Assembly: GCA_965219345.1 (NCBI GenBank)
Contig: OZ244732.1
Span: 1,148,375 to 1,180,374 of the forward strand
Source of the DNA: Nitrosopumilus sp.
Lineage (GTDB): Archaea; Thermoproteota; Nitrososphaeria; Nitrososphaerales; Nitrosopumilaceae
DNA length: 32,000 nt
Direction of reading: 5' to 3'
Shown here in pieces: positions 1-8,829 of this stretch. The notes under the pieces are model-generated. The model searched no databases. It had not been told where the DNA came from and saw nothing but the letters and a program-made list of their open reading frames with translations. A program made the translations under genes and the position numbers. How positions within the stretch are numbered: the first letter of the stretch is position 1; every line of letters starts with the position of its first letter.

Positions 1-618
1 TTTAGGAACAAGTTTGTCATCCATTAAGAGTCCATCAACATCTGTAATGAATAACACTTTATCACTGCCTACTTTTCCTGCCACATATGCTGCCGCTCGG
101 TCTCCATCAACATTAAGAAATTCCGACTCTTCACTAATTGCTATTGGTGAAATAACAGGTGTAAGTCCTTGTTCTAAGAGTAATTTAATTAATCCCGAGT
201 TTATTTCTCTAATTTTTCCAGTGTAGCCTCCATCAATTGCTTGTTTTCTACCTTTTTCATTAACTATGAGAAGTTTCTTTTTTCTGTCAGCTTCTATAAC
301 TTTGGCATCAACTCCTGAAAGACCAATTGCATTAATGCCATTTTTCTGAAGCATTTTAACAATTGTCTTGTTTATTCTACCAGACATTACCATTGTAAAA
401 ATCTCAGCAGTCTCTTTGTCAGTATATCTGCTTTTGATTCCACTGGGGGATGTTACAAATTTTGGTTCTTTTCCAAGTTGTTTACAAACTTTTGTAACCT
501 CTTTTCCACCACCATGAACTAAAATAACTCCTTCTGATTCTACTATTTTTTTAATGTCTGCAATTGTCGATGGATGTAAATTATCTACTACGCTTCCGCC
601 AATTTTAATTGTAATCAT
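1..618 (-). CDS. argB: Acetylglutamate kinase / LysW-substrate kinase (amino-acid kinase family). Only the N-terminal part is in the window; the C-terminus lies beyond the window start.
   Basis: Absent from the ORF track because it runs off the edge. My reverse-complement translation from ATG 618-616 reads MITIKIGGSVVDNLHPSTIADIKKIVESEGVILVHGGGKEVTKVCKQLGKEPKFVTSPSGIKSRYTDKETAEIF... It carries the KIGGS and VHGGG motifs of the amino-acid kinase fold. It starts 2 nt after the argC stop. Confidence 0.85.
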   Translation of the reverse strand, partial: MITIKIGGSVVDNLHPSTIADIKKIVESEGVILVHGGGKEVTKVCKQLGKEPKFVTSPSGIKSRYTDKETAEIFTMVMSGRINKTIVKMLQKNGINAIGLSGVDAKVIEADRKKKLLIVNEKGRKQAIDGGYTGKIREINSGLIKLLLEQGLTPVISPIAISEESEFLNVDGDRAAAYVAGKVGSDKVLFITDVDGLLMDDKLVPK

Positions 619-620
619 TT

Positions 621-1667
621 CTATACGGGAGTAAGCGGAGTGTATCTTAGTCCATCCATTTCATCAAAACCACACATCACATTCATATTTTGAACTGCAG
701 AACCCGCCGCACCTTTCATCAAGTTATCTGATGCAGATAATGCAACTAATCTGTTATTATCTTCGTCTATATCAAATCCAATATCACAAAAGTTTGAACC
801 GACCAAGAACTTTGGATCTGGGAATTTGTACAATCCCTTTTTGTCTCGAATAAGTCTGATAAATTTTTCATCACCATAGGCTTGACGATACAATTTCCAC
901 AATTCTTTTTCATCTATGTCTTTTTGCATGAATGTATGGTTTGTACATAAAATTCCACGAACTACATCCACTGCATGTGGACTCATTGAAACATGAATCT
1001 TCTTTCCTGCAATTTCACTCAGTTCTTGCTCAATCTCACCAGTATGTCTGTGCTTCGCTGGTTTGTATGGTCTGATTACTCCAGCTCTCATTGCATGAGC
1101 AGTTCCAGAACCTGAACCCGCGCCAGAAGATCCAATCTTTGAATCTACAATTATGTGCTCTGTCTCAATAATATTATTTTTAATTAATGGAGCAAGTGCT
1201 AGTATTGACGTAACTGCCATGCATCCTGGACAAGAAACAAGTTGTGCTTTTTTGATTTCTTCCCTGTGTAATTCAGGAACCCCAAAAACTGATTTTGGCA
1301 AATAATCAGGATGTGGATGTTCCCATCCATACCATTTGTCGTAATCTACTTGGTCATGTAATCTGTAATCCGCACTCAAATCAATTATTTTGATGCCTCT
1401 GTCATAGAGAGCCTTTACAATTTCGGTTGCGGTACCATGTGGAACAGCTGTGAAAACTAGATCACATTTGTCAGTTAATTTGTCATAATCCAATTCTGAG
1501 AAGGTGAGGTCAGTAAATCCCTTCAAACTTGGTTGTACTCTATGAAGAAATTCGCCAACATGCTGTCTTGATGTCACCATGGCTATCTCGACATCTGGAT
1601 GGTTAACAAGAAGACGAAGTGTTTCTCCTCCAACATAACCTGATGCACCTACAATACCTACTTTCAT
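621..1667 (-). CDS. argC: N-acetyl-gamma-glutamyl-phosphate reductase / LysY-type semialdehyde dehydrogenase
   Basis: 348-aa ORF. N-terminal Rossmann motif MKVGIVGASGYVGGE, active-site Cys context SCPGCMAVTS, C-terminal DNLMKGAAGSAVQNMN typical of ArgC/LysY. Operon context with argB, lysX and lysW. Confidence 0.92.
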   Translation of the reverse strand: MKVGIVGASGYVGGETLRLLVNHPDVEIAMVTSRQHVGEFLHRVQPSLKGFTDLTFSELDYDKLTDKCDLVFTAVPHGTATEIVKALYDRGIKIIDLSADYRLHDQVDYDKWYGWEHPHPDYLPKSVFGVPELHREEIKKAQLVSCPGCMAVTSILALAPLIKNNIIETEHIIVDSKIGSSGAGSGSGTAHAMRAGVIRPYKPAKHRHTGEIEQELSEIAGKKIHVSMSPHAVDVVRGILCTNHTFMQKDIDEKELWKLYRQAYGDEKFIRLIRDKKGLYKFPDPKFLVGSNFCDIGFDIDEDNNRLVALSASDNLMKGAAGSAVQNMNVMCGFDEMDGLRYTPLTPV

Positions 1668-1695
1668 GATAAACCTCCTCGTAAAGAAGTATAAT

Positions 1696-2553
1696 TTATT
1701 TCCTAACGTAATTTAGAGCAAATTCTATCATTTCTTTTGGAATGTTTCGTTGTGCAACTCTTGCTAATCCTTTGAATTCAACTGTATTGTTGACTTCGTG
1801 TACAACTAAGCCTCTTTCATCATCTTCCATCATGTCGATTCCTAAAATTCCGCCACCCATGGCTTTTGATGCTTTCATTGCCATATCCTCCATCTCTTTT
1901 GTGATCTCACAAAGTTCTGGATCTGCTCCAAGTGCTATGTTTGTCTTAAACCCACCTGATGATTTTCTGTACATGGCTGCAATAGCCTCGTCCCCTATTG
2001 TGATTACTCTGATGTCCCTTGGTGGCCTTTTGATTAATTCTTGCAAGTAGTAAATTCTATCGTGTGGGCTATCTGTAATATTTCTTATTTCAAGAACTGC
2101 ATCCATAGTATCTTTGTCTTTAATTGGCATTACCCCCCTGCCCCAACTTCCTATTACTGGTTTGATAACTAGAGGATATCCAACTTTTTCTAAATTCTCC
2201 GCTGCACTTTTACTGGAAAATGAAAAGTATGTTTTTGGTGTTGGAATGTTATTTTTTTTCAAAAGCAAAGTCATAAACATCTTATTTCCACAAACGTTTG
2301 CAACATCAAATTTGTTTAGAACTGGAATGTCCATAAATTCCAGACTTGCAGTAAAGTGAAGTCCTCTAAAATAACTGACACATCTTTCTAAAACAACATC
2401 TCCAAGGTCATAGTCTTCTTTTTTACTATCTGTGTTAACTTGAGTGATCTTTGCATCTAACATCACTGCATCATGTCCCAGATCTGATGCCTCTTTCTGA
2501 AGCATTTTTTCTTCCGTTCTTAGACGGTCAAATACGATACATACTTTTGACAT
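1696..2553 (-). CDS. lysX: RimK-family ATP-grasp ligase of the LysX/ArgX type (ligates an amino acid to the LysW C-terminus)
   Basis: 285-aa ORF with ATP-grasp features (VIKPVIGSWGRGV, EVNNTVEFKG). It lies directly downstream of lysW, and the lysW stop overlaps its start (TAATG). Specificity (aminoadipate vs glutamate) cannot be decided from the sequence. Confidence 0.85.
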   Translation of the reverse strand: MSKVCIVFDRLRTEEKMLQKEASDLGHDAVMLDAKITQVNTDSKKEDYDLGDVVLERCVSYFRGLHFTASLEFMDIPVLNKFDVANVCGNKMFMTLLLKKNNIPTPKTYFSFSSKSAAENLEKVGYPLVIKPVIGSWGRGVMPIKDKDTMDAVLEIRNITDSPHDRIYYLQELIKRPPRDIRVITIGDEAIAAMYRKSSGGFKTNIALGADPELCEITKEMEDMAMKASKAMGGGILGIDMMEDDERGLVVHEVNNTVEFKGLARVAQRNIPKEMIEFALNYVRK

Positions 2554-2720
2554 TACTCTCCCCAGTCTTCGCCTACGCTTTCTGCTTGCTTAAGCTCAAC
2601 ATTTGATCCGTCTTTTTTTGAGATTTCAAAGTCAGCACCACAATCAGGACAGGAGATTATTTCTCCAACTGAGGCATCGTCTGGGATGTTTAGTGTTGCA
2701 TCACATTCTGGGCAGTTCAT
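2553..2720 (-). CDS. lysW: LysW amino-group carrier protein (55 aa, zinc ribbon plus acidic EDWGE tail)
   Basis: Not in the ORF track (<60 aa). Reverse-complement translation from ATG 2720-2718: MNCPECDATLNIPDDASVGEIISCPDCGADFEISKKDGSNVELKQAESVGEDWGE, then TAA at 2555-2553. It has CxxC...CxxC and a C-terminal EDWGE. Its start overlaps the argG stop (ATGA). Confidence 0.9.
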   Translation of the reverse strand: MNCPECDATLNIPDDASVGEIISCPDCGADFEISKKDGSNVELKQAESVGEDWGE

Positions 2721-3916
2721 ATTTTTGTTGACCTTTTCTTTTGTAATTTATTAGCTTCTGTTGATTGCAATCCCCACAATTCTACAAATCCTTTGGCTAA
2801 TCTTTGATCAAATGTTGATTCTGATCCATATGTAGCAATATCATGATTGTACAATGAATTCTTGGATTTTCTTCCAACCACTCTTAGGCTCCCTTTGTAC
2901 AGCTTGAGTTTCACACTTCCTGATACTGGCTTTTGTGATGTCTCGATAAATCCATCCAAATCTGCTTTGAGAGGGTCTTGCCAAAGTCCTGAATATACCA
3001 AATAAGCCCATTCATCATCTATTAGTGACTTGAATTTGTTTTCATGTTTGGTATGAACCATCTTTTCTAAATCTGCATGCGCTTCAATCAAACAAGCTGC
3101 TGCGGGAGTTTCATATACTTCACGGGATTTAATTCCAACAACTCTATCTTCAATATGATCAACTATTCCGACACCTGCAGCACCAGCTTTTTTGTTGATG
3201 TATTCAATAAGTTTTTGAGAATCCAATACCTTTCCATCAGCTCCAACTGGGATTCCTTTTTCAAATTTAATTTCCAAATATGTTGGTTTGTCTGGCAAGT
3301 TTTTTGTTTTAACCCAAATAAATGCATCCTCAGGCGGTTCATTGTATGGATCTTCCAACACCCCTCCTTCAATAGCACGTCCCCACAGGTTTTGATCAAT
3401 ACTAAATTTTTTTGCAACAGAATCAATTTCAATTCCATGTTTCTTTGCAAACTTTAATTCGGTATCCCTGTCCAAGTTTTTGTCTCGAATTGGAGCTATG
3501 ATGGGAAGGTTAGATCCAGAACGTAATGAAATATCAAATCGCACTTGATCATTTCCTTTACCTGAACATCCATGTGCTAGTGATGTTACTTTTTCCTTTT
3601 TAGCAATCTCTAAAACTTTTTTTGCAATTAATGGTCTTGCAAGTGCTGTAGCAAGACAATATTTTTTCTGATAAAGTGCATTGGCTTTAATTGATGGAAA
3701 AATGTAATCCTTGACAAACTCTTTTCTTGCATCGATGTTGTAGTGCTTTTTTACACCAAGTTTTTTTGCCTTGTCTGCTATTTTTTTACTATCACCACCT
3801 TGTCCAACATCTACTGTTACTGTGATGACATCCATGTCATGTTCTGCTTGTAGATATTTTACAACCACTGAAGTGTCAAGTCCTCCAGAGAATGCAAGAA
3901 TTCCTTTTTGAGTCAT
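2717..3916 (-). CDS. argG: Argininosuccinate synthase
   Basis: 399-aa ORF with AFSGGLDTS and GCSGKGNDQVRF signature motifs. Confidence 0.95.
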   Translation of the reverse strand: MTQKGILAFSGGLDTSVVVKYLQAEHDMDVITVTVDVGQGGDSKKIADKAKKLGVKKHYNIDARKEFVKDYIFPSIKANALYQKKYCLATALARPLIAKKVLEIAKKEKVTSLAHGCSGKGNDQVRFDISLRSGSNLPIIAPIRDKNLDRDTELKFAKKHGIEIDSVAKKFSIDQNLWGRAIEGGVLEDPYNEPPEDAFIWVKTKNLPDKPTYLEIKFEKGIPVGADGKVLDSQKLIEYINKKAGAAGVGIVDHIEDRVVGIKSREVYETPAAACLIEAHADLEKMVHTKHENKFKSLIDDEWAYLVYSGLWQDPLKADLDGFIETSQKPVSGSVKLKLYKGSLRVVGRKSKNSLYNHDIATYGSESTFDQRLAKGFVELWGLQSTEANKLQKKRSTKI

Positions 3917-3996
3917 GTGAGCATCTTTTTCGTTTTATTTTGGAATTTATCTTTTTGTGTTAGGCTGGGCTCCATTTTTTTCAAAAAACTTTTGCC

Positions 3997-4008
3997 TAGC
4001 TTAAGCTA
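3997..4008. promoter_or_regulatory. Perfect 12-bp palindrome TAGCTTAAGCTA in the argG / ABC-transporter divergent intergenic region (candidate operator)
   Basis: Read directly; the sequence is self-complementary. It lies just upstream of the TATA-like element at 4019-4027. Confidence 0.25.
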
Positions 4009-4018
4009 AAATTCGATG

Positions 4019-4027
4019 ATTATTTAA
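4019..4027 (+). promoter_or_regulatory. TATA-like element (ATTATTTAA) centred about 27 nt upstream of ATG 4050
   Basis: AT-rich motif at the spacing expected for an archaeal promoter driving a leaderless or near-leaderless mRNA. Confidence 0.35.
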
Positions 4028-4049
4028 CCGCCAAATATAACGCTGTTTT

Positions 4050-5075
4050 ATGAAAACTCGTTCAGCAATTTTTGCAGGTATTGCAGGAATTGCACTGTTA
4101 TCTGTATTGGGAGTGACTCTTAGTTCTAGTGATACTAGTCATGAAAATAAGATTCGTATTGCATATTTTCCAAACATTGGCCATGCTATTCCAATAGTAG
4201 GAATTGAAAAAGGATTCTTTGAAGAAAGAATTGGAGATCAAACTAAAATTGAAACCAGAGTTTTTGATAGCGGACCACAGGCAATAGAATCTCTATTTGC
4301 TAATTCTGTTGATCTTGCATATGTTGGACCAGGTCCTGCAATTAACGGATTTTTAAATTCAGATGATCATAACGTAAAGATTCTTGGAGGTGCCGCAAGT
4401 GGTGGTGCTAGCTTTATTGTTCATCCAAACTCTGAAATTAACTCAGTTTCAGACTTTGCAGGAAAAAAAATTGCCGCTCCTCAAATTGGTAATACACAAG
4501 ATGTTTCATTACGTCATCATCTTTCTGAAAATGGATTAAAACCAGCTGAAAAGGGAGGTTCTGTAATTGTTTACAATATTTCAAATCCTGACATCTATAC
4601 CCTATTTGTAAAAGGAGATATTGATGGTGCATGGATTGCAGAGCCTTGGGCCACAATTTTAGAAACCGAACTAGATGGAAAACGATTATTCCATGAAGAA
4701 GAATTATGGCCAAACAAGGAATTTGCATCTGTTCTTTTAATTGGAAATGTAGATTACATTGAAAAAAATCCAATAATCATTGCTAATTTTTTGCAATCTC
4801 ATCACGAAACAGTAACTTGGATTAATACAAATCCCATTGAAACTAGAATTGTTTTTAATGATTTTCTAAATTCATATTTAGGACAATCTTTGTCTGATGA
4901 TGTTGTGGATATTGCATTGTCTAATCTTGTAATTACTGCAGATCCTTTACCTAATTCAGTTTTTTCCTTTGCTGAACGAGCTGATGCGCTAGGATACCTG
5001 GGAAGAAATGGGTACGATTTGTCTGAAATTTTTCTCAATTTTGATATAAATTCTATAGTGGAGGAAAGTACGTAG
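4050..5075 (+). CDS. ABC transporter substrate-binding protein, NitT/TauT (NMT1/SsuA/ThiY-like) family, N-terminally membrane-anchored
   Basis: 341-aa ORF. Hydrophobic N-terminus MKTRSAIFAGIAGIALLSVLGV. Family-like segments (IRIAYFPNIGHA, DLAYVGPGPA, GKKIAAPQIGNTQD). Followed by a matching ATPase and permease. Confidence 0.8.
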   Translation: MKTRSAIFAGIAGIALLSVLGVTLSSSDTSHENKIRIAYFPNIGHAIPIVGIEKGFFEERIGDQTKIETRVFDSGPQAIESLFANSVDLAYVGPGPAINGFLNSDDHNVKILGGAASGGASFIVHPNSEINSVSDFAGKKIAAPQIGNTQDVSLRHHLSENGLKPAEKGGSVIVYNISNPDIYTLFVKGDIDGAWIAEPWATILETELDGKRLFHEEELWPNKEFASVLLIGNVDYIEKNPIIIANFLQSHHETVTWINTNPIETRIVFNDFLNSYLGQSLSDDVVDIALSNLVITADPLPNSVFSFAERADALGYLGRNGYDLSEIFLNFDINSIVEEST

Positions 5076-5840
5076 ATGACTAAATTAGAAGCAAAAAATA
5101 TTGTGAAGCACTTTAGTCACGACTCTCACAAACTTACAGCACTGGGTGGAATTAACCTAAAAGTTGAAGCTGGGGACTTTGTATGTTTGGTAGGTCCATC
5201 AGGTTGTGGGAAATCTACATTTTTACGAATAATTGCAGGTTTGGAGAAACCTGATGCGGGACAAATTATGTTTGACAGTCATTCCGTTACTGAGACTAGC
5301 CCAGAGAGAATTATGGTATTTCAGGAGGGTGCGCTATTTCCATGGCTTACGGTTCAGGATAATGTGGAATTTGGATTAAAGATGGCGGGTATTCCAAAGG
5401 AGGAACGAGCAAAGATCTCAAATCGATATCTGGATATGATGCAACTAACAAAATTTGCAGATTCTTATACTTATCAACTTTCAACTGGAATGAAACAGCG
5501 TGTAGCTATTGCTAGAGCTCTTGTAATGGATCCTGATGTATTGTTGATGGACGAACCATTTGCAGCACTTGATGCACAAACTCGTGATTTACTATTAGTT
5601 GAGATGCAGCTAATTTGGGAAAAGACAAAGAAGACAATTTTATTTGTAACTCATAATGTTGCAGAAGCTACAGTTCTTGGAACCAAAGTAGCTGTTTTCA
5701 GCAACCGTCCATCAATTATCAAAAAAGAATTTGAAAATAATTTTCCACGACCTAGGGTAACTGAAGATGAGTCATTACTCAAACTCCAACAAGACATCTT
5801 AACAGAACTTAGACCTGAGGTAAAAAAAAGTAGAGAGTGA
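5076..5840 (+). CDS. ABC transporter ATP-binding protein (NitT/TauT family)
   Basis: Walker A GPSGCGKST, signature LSTGMKQRVAIARAL, Walker B LLMDEPFAALD, H-loop VTHN. GGAGGA about 11 nt upstream of the ATG. Confidence 0.93.
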   Translation: MTKLEAKNIVKHFSHDSHKLTALGGINLKVEAGDFVCLVGPSGCGKSTFLRIIAGLEKPDAGQIMFDSHSVTETSPERIMVFQEGALFPWLTVQDNVEFGLKMAGIPKEERAKISNRYLDMMQLTKFADSYTYQLSTGMKQRVAIARALVMDPDVLLMDEPFAALDAQTRDLLLVEMQLIWEKTKKTILFVTHNVAEATVLGTKVAVFSNRPSIIKKEFENNFPRPRVTEDESLLKLQQDILTELRPEVKKSRE

Positions 5841-6604
5841 TCATGATGGGAAAAAATTTTACACCTCATAGAATTGCATTTTACATTGGAATTATTGTTG
5901 TTTGGCAAATTATTTCAATGGCAGGAGTTTGGCCTGATAATATTTTTCCATCTCCATATGAAGTAGCTGAAGACTTGGCATATGGTGCAGCAGATGGTAG
6001 TCTGTTTTATGGAATTGCAACTAGCATGTGGAGATTATCTATTGGGTTAGCAATTGCAATTAGTGGAGGGGTTGTCTTGGGAATTTTCATGGCAAGAATT
6101 GAAGTTATCAATCAAACTTTAGGCTCTTTAGTTTTAGGATTGCAATCAATTCCTTCAATTGCATGGGTTCCACTTGCAATTCTTTGGTTTGGATTAACAG
6201 ATGGCGGAATTATTTTTGTTACTGCAATTGGGGCAATCTTTGCGGTTACAATAAACACCTACACTGGAGTCAAAAACATTGATCCTCACTATATTGAGGC
6301 TGCAAGAAATATGGGTGCAAAGGGTGGTCAGCTAATTACAGCTGTCTTGATACCTGCTGCATTTCCATACATGATTTCTGGCTTTAAACAAGGTTGGGCA
6401 TTTGCATGGAGAGGCATAATTGGTGCTGAACTGTTATTTTCTTTCCTAGGACTAGGATTCCTACTTAATGCAGGACGTTCTCTAAATGATGTCTCACAAG
6501 TCATTGCAATAATGATTGTAATTATGGGAATTGGCCTTGTAATTGATGGCATTGTCTTCAAAAGATTAGAAAACAAAGTAATGTCTAGATGGGGATTACG
6601 GTAA
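5837..6604 (+). CDS. ABC transporter permease (NitT/TauT family)
   Basis: 255-aa polytopic membrane ORF. GTG at 5837 overlaps the ATPase stop; ATG alternatives at 5843 and 5846. EAA-like loop segment IEAARNMGAKGGQLITAVLIPAAFPY. Confidence 0.9.
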   Translation: MIMMGKNFTPHRIAFYIGIIVVWQIISMAGVWPDNIFPSPYEVAEDLAYGAADGSLFYGIATSMWRLSIGLAIAISGGVVLGIFMARIEVINQTLGSLVLGLQSIPSIAWVPLAILWFGLTDGGIIFVTAIGAIFAVTINTYTGVKNIDPHYIEAARNMGAKGGQLITAVLIPAAFPYMISGFKQGWAFAWRGIIGAELLFSFLGLGFLLNAGRSLNDVSQVIAIMIVIMGIGLVIDGIVFKRLENKVMSRWGLR

Positions 6605-6620
6605 TCTTAGAAATTATTTT

Positions 6621-7721
6621 TTATATTCTAACTTTTAGTGATACTGCAAAAGCACATGCAATAATTGCAATTGCAAAATACATTACTGCAATATAGTCAA
6701 ATGCAAATGCAATACTTCCTGCGATTACAGGACCCAATACTGTAGCAATTGATAATGTAGAGCTAAAGATTCCAGTGGATGTGGAGCGTGGATTGTTCTC
6801 CATTAGATGAAAGTTTCCCCCAATGAATAAAAATGCCCATGTTCCACCCACAAGTGCCATAAATGGCATTGCCATCCACCAATCAGTAATTACTGATAAT
6901 CCTACAAATACAAATACAGTACAACCAATTCCAATTTTAAATTTAGTTATATTTGAGATATTAATCCTGCTTGCCATCAAGTTCATCAAAATAAATGCAG
7001 TCAATGTATTTGCAACATAGATGATTGATATTTGATAAAGTTCTGCACCTAATTTTTCTATTAACATTAACGGAAGAATTGTCCATACAGCTGCTGCTCC
7101 AATATGTCTTAGTAATAATGATAAGAACAGAAACTTATTTTTTAAAATAATTTTCTTTGTAGTTCCTGGTTCTAACTCTTTTTCCTGAATTGTGTTTGGT
7201 AACTTTATTGTAAACATTAATCCAATTAAAAATGAGGCTGCACTAATTATGAAAATTAATTTTAGATCATTTGCAAATCCAGCAGCTGCAATTCCTGCAA
7301 GCCATCCTAATGCATGAAATGAAATTATAGTAGCAGCTCTTTTTCTCTCAACATTTATCTCATATGCATATGCAATCATTGCAGGGATCATAATTCCACT
7401 TGCAATTCCCGCTCCTATTCTTGCCAGAAATAACAGAGTAATGTCATCTGCAAAATAATGTAATCCAAAGGCTGCAGCACATCCAATGAAGCCAATTCTG
7501 ATGAATTTGAGCCTAGTTCCCTTCTTATCTGAATGTCTGCCAAAATAGATTTCAGATAAAATCTGAGCAAAGCTAAATGAGGCTACAATAAGTCCAATCT
7601 CAAGGATGGAATCTGTAACACCTTTTGCAATAATGGGCATAAATACAAAGATAATGGATACTCCAGCATGTTGAAAAAAGGTTGCACTACGAATTCGATT
7701 ATTTAATTGAAGATTTTGCAT
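6621..7721 (-). CDS. MFS transporter
   Basis: 366-aa ORF, hydrophobic throughout. MFS motif-A-like GRHSDKKGTRLKF between predicted TM2 and TM3. Confidence 0.85.
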   Translation of the reverse strand: MQNLQLNNRIRSATFFQHAGVSIIFVFMPIIAKGVTDSILEIGLIVASFSFAQILSEIYFGRHSDKKGTRLKFIRIGFIGCAAAFGLHYFADDITLLFLARIGAGIASGIMIPAMIAYAYEINVERKRAATIISFHALGWLAGIAAAGFANDLKLIFIISAASFLIGLMFTIKLPNTIQEKELEPGTTKKIILKNKFLFLSLLLRHIGAAAVWTILPLMLIEKLGAELYQISIIYVANTLTAFILMNLMASRINISNITKFKIGIGCTVFVFVGLSVITDWWMAMPFMALVGGTWAFLFIGGNFHLMENNPRSTSTGIFSSTLSIATVLGPVIAGSIAFAFDYIAVMYFAIAIIACAFAVSLKVRI

Positions 7722-7810
7722 AAATGTACATGTAATTCACCTTTTACCTAATTTCAACATACGTATCAATCACCTCAATGTTTGTGGATTTTTCTGAAAA
7801 GAGTTAAACT

Positions 7811-8797
7811 GTGCTAAAACATTTTGAAATTAGGTTGACAGAAAAAGAACTATTTTTAGATGCATTACAAAATAGAATCTTACTTTTTGATGGTGCAATG
7901 GGAACTGAGATTCAAAAGCATGATCCAAAACCAGAAGACTTTCCAAACAATCAAGATGGTTTTAATGATGGTTTAGTGTTGACGCATCCTGAATGGATTA
8001 AAGAAATTCACAGAAATTATTTGGATGCAGGAGCTGATTGTATTGAAACAAATTCTTTTGGCTCAAACAAAATAAAATTAGATGAATATGGTTTTGGTGA
8101 TCAAACAGTTGATTTTAATAAAAAAATTGCACAATTAGCATCTGAAGTTTGTGAAAAATATTCAGAAACACCACGATATGTAATTGGTTCTATGGGCCCA
8201 ACAGGTTTTCTTCCCAGCTCAACTGATCCTGACTTGGGACAAAAACCACTTGATGAAATTAGAGAAGCATTTGAGCTACAGGCAGAAGGATTGATTCTTG
8301 GGGGCGTTGATGCATTACTCGTTGAAACGAGTCAGGATATCTTAGAAGTAAAATTAGTAATTGAGGCATGTCATAATGCCATAAAAAAGACCGGTAAGAA
8401 AATTCCCATCATTTCTAATACTACTTTAGATCAATATGGAAAAATGTTGCTTGGAACAAATATCCAAGCTGCATACACAACAGTTTCTGATATGGGAATT
8501 GATGTGTTTGGATTGAATTGCTCTACTGGCCCAATTGAAATGAATCCAAGTGTAAGATGGCTTGATGAACAAAATGAACACAGTATATTGGTAGTTCCAA
8601 ACGCAGGTATGCCTGAAAATCAAGGAGGAAAGGCAGTATACAAGATGACTCCTGAAAAGATGGGTGATGCACTAGGTGATTTTCTTAATCAATACAAAAA
8701 GGTACGAATCATTGGTGGTTGTTGTGGAACAAATCCTGAACACATCAAAGTTCTGAGAAAAGTAATTGACGAAAAAGCCAACTCTCTCAAGGGTTAG
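7811..8797 (+). CDS. Homocysteine S-methyltransferase domain protein (the Hcy-binding module of cobalamin-dependent methionine synthase, as a stand-alone polypeptide)
   Basis: 328-aa ORF with a GTG start. LLFDGAMGTEIQ near the N-terminus; Zn-ligand contexts GLNCSTGP and IIGGCCGTNPEHI typical of the Hcy-binding barrel. Confidence 0.88.
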   Translation: MLKHFEIRLTEKELFLDALQNRILLFDGAMGTEIQKHDPKPEDFPNNQDGFNDGLVLTHPEWIKEIHRNYLDAGADCIETNSFGSNKIKLDEYGFGDQTVDFNKKIAQLASEVCEKYSETPRYVIGSMGPTGFLPSSTDPDLGQKPLDEIREAFELQAEGLILGGVDALLVETSQDILEVKLVIEACHNAIKKTGKKIPIISNTTLDQYGKMLLGTNIQAAYTTVSDMGIDVFGLNCSTGPIEMNPSVRWLDEQNEHSILVVPNAGMPENQGGKAVYKMTPEKMGDALGDFLNQYKKVRIIGGCCGTNPEHIKVLRKVIDEKANSLKG

Positions 8798-8812
8798 GTA
8801 TTTAGAAAAACT

Positions 8813-8820
8813 GAGGTGAT
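8813..8820 (+). promoter_or_regulatory. Shine-Dalgarno-like GAGGTGAT, 9 nt upstream of the TTG start at 8830
   Basis: Read directly. It is complementary to the usual archaeal 16S 3' end (established knowledge). Confidence 0.35.
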
Positions 8821-8829
8821 TTTATTATA

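Noticed and set aside
14-226. 70-aa plus-strand ORF at the window start
   Set aside because: It lies antisense within the argB (amino-acid kinase) coding region, whose minus-strand translation has clear family motifs. It is a low-complexity shadow ORF.
1742-2359. Plus-strand ORFs 1742-2050 and 2114-2359
   Set aside because: They are antisense shadows inside the LysX/ArgX ATP-grasp gene. They have no motifs and a Ser/Leu/Ile-rich composition typical of the reverse frame of an AT-rich gene.
3077-3457. ORFs 3077-3457 (+) and 3163-3450 (-) inside argG
   Set aside because: Both overlap the well-supported argG frame. One is an alternative frame and the other is antisense, and neither has recognisable features.
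8798-8829. The MetH split as a frameshift or pseudogene
   Set aside because: The first ORF ends in a clean TAG after a complete Hcy domain. The spacer carries an SD-like GAGGTGAT at proper spacing to a TTG start, and the second ORF begins at the expected pterin-domain boundary. It is treated as a genuine two-gene arrangement, which is still worth verifying.
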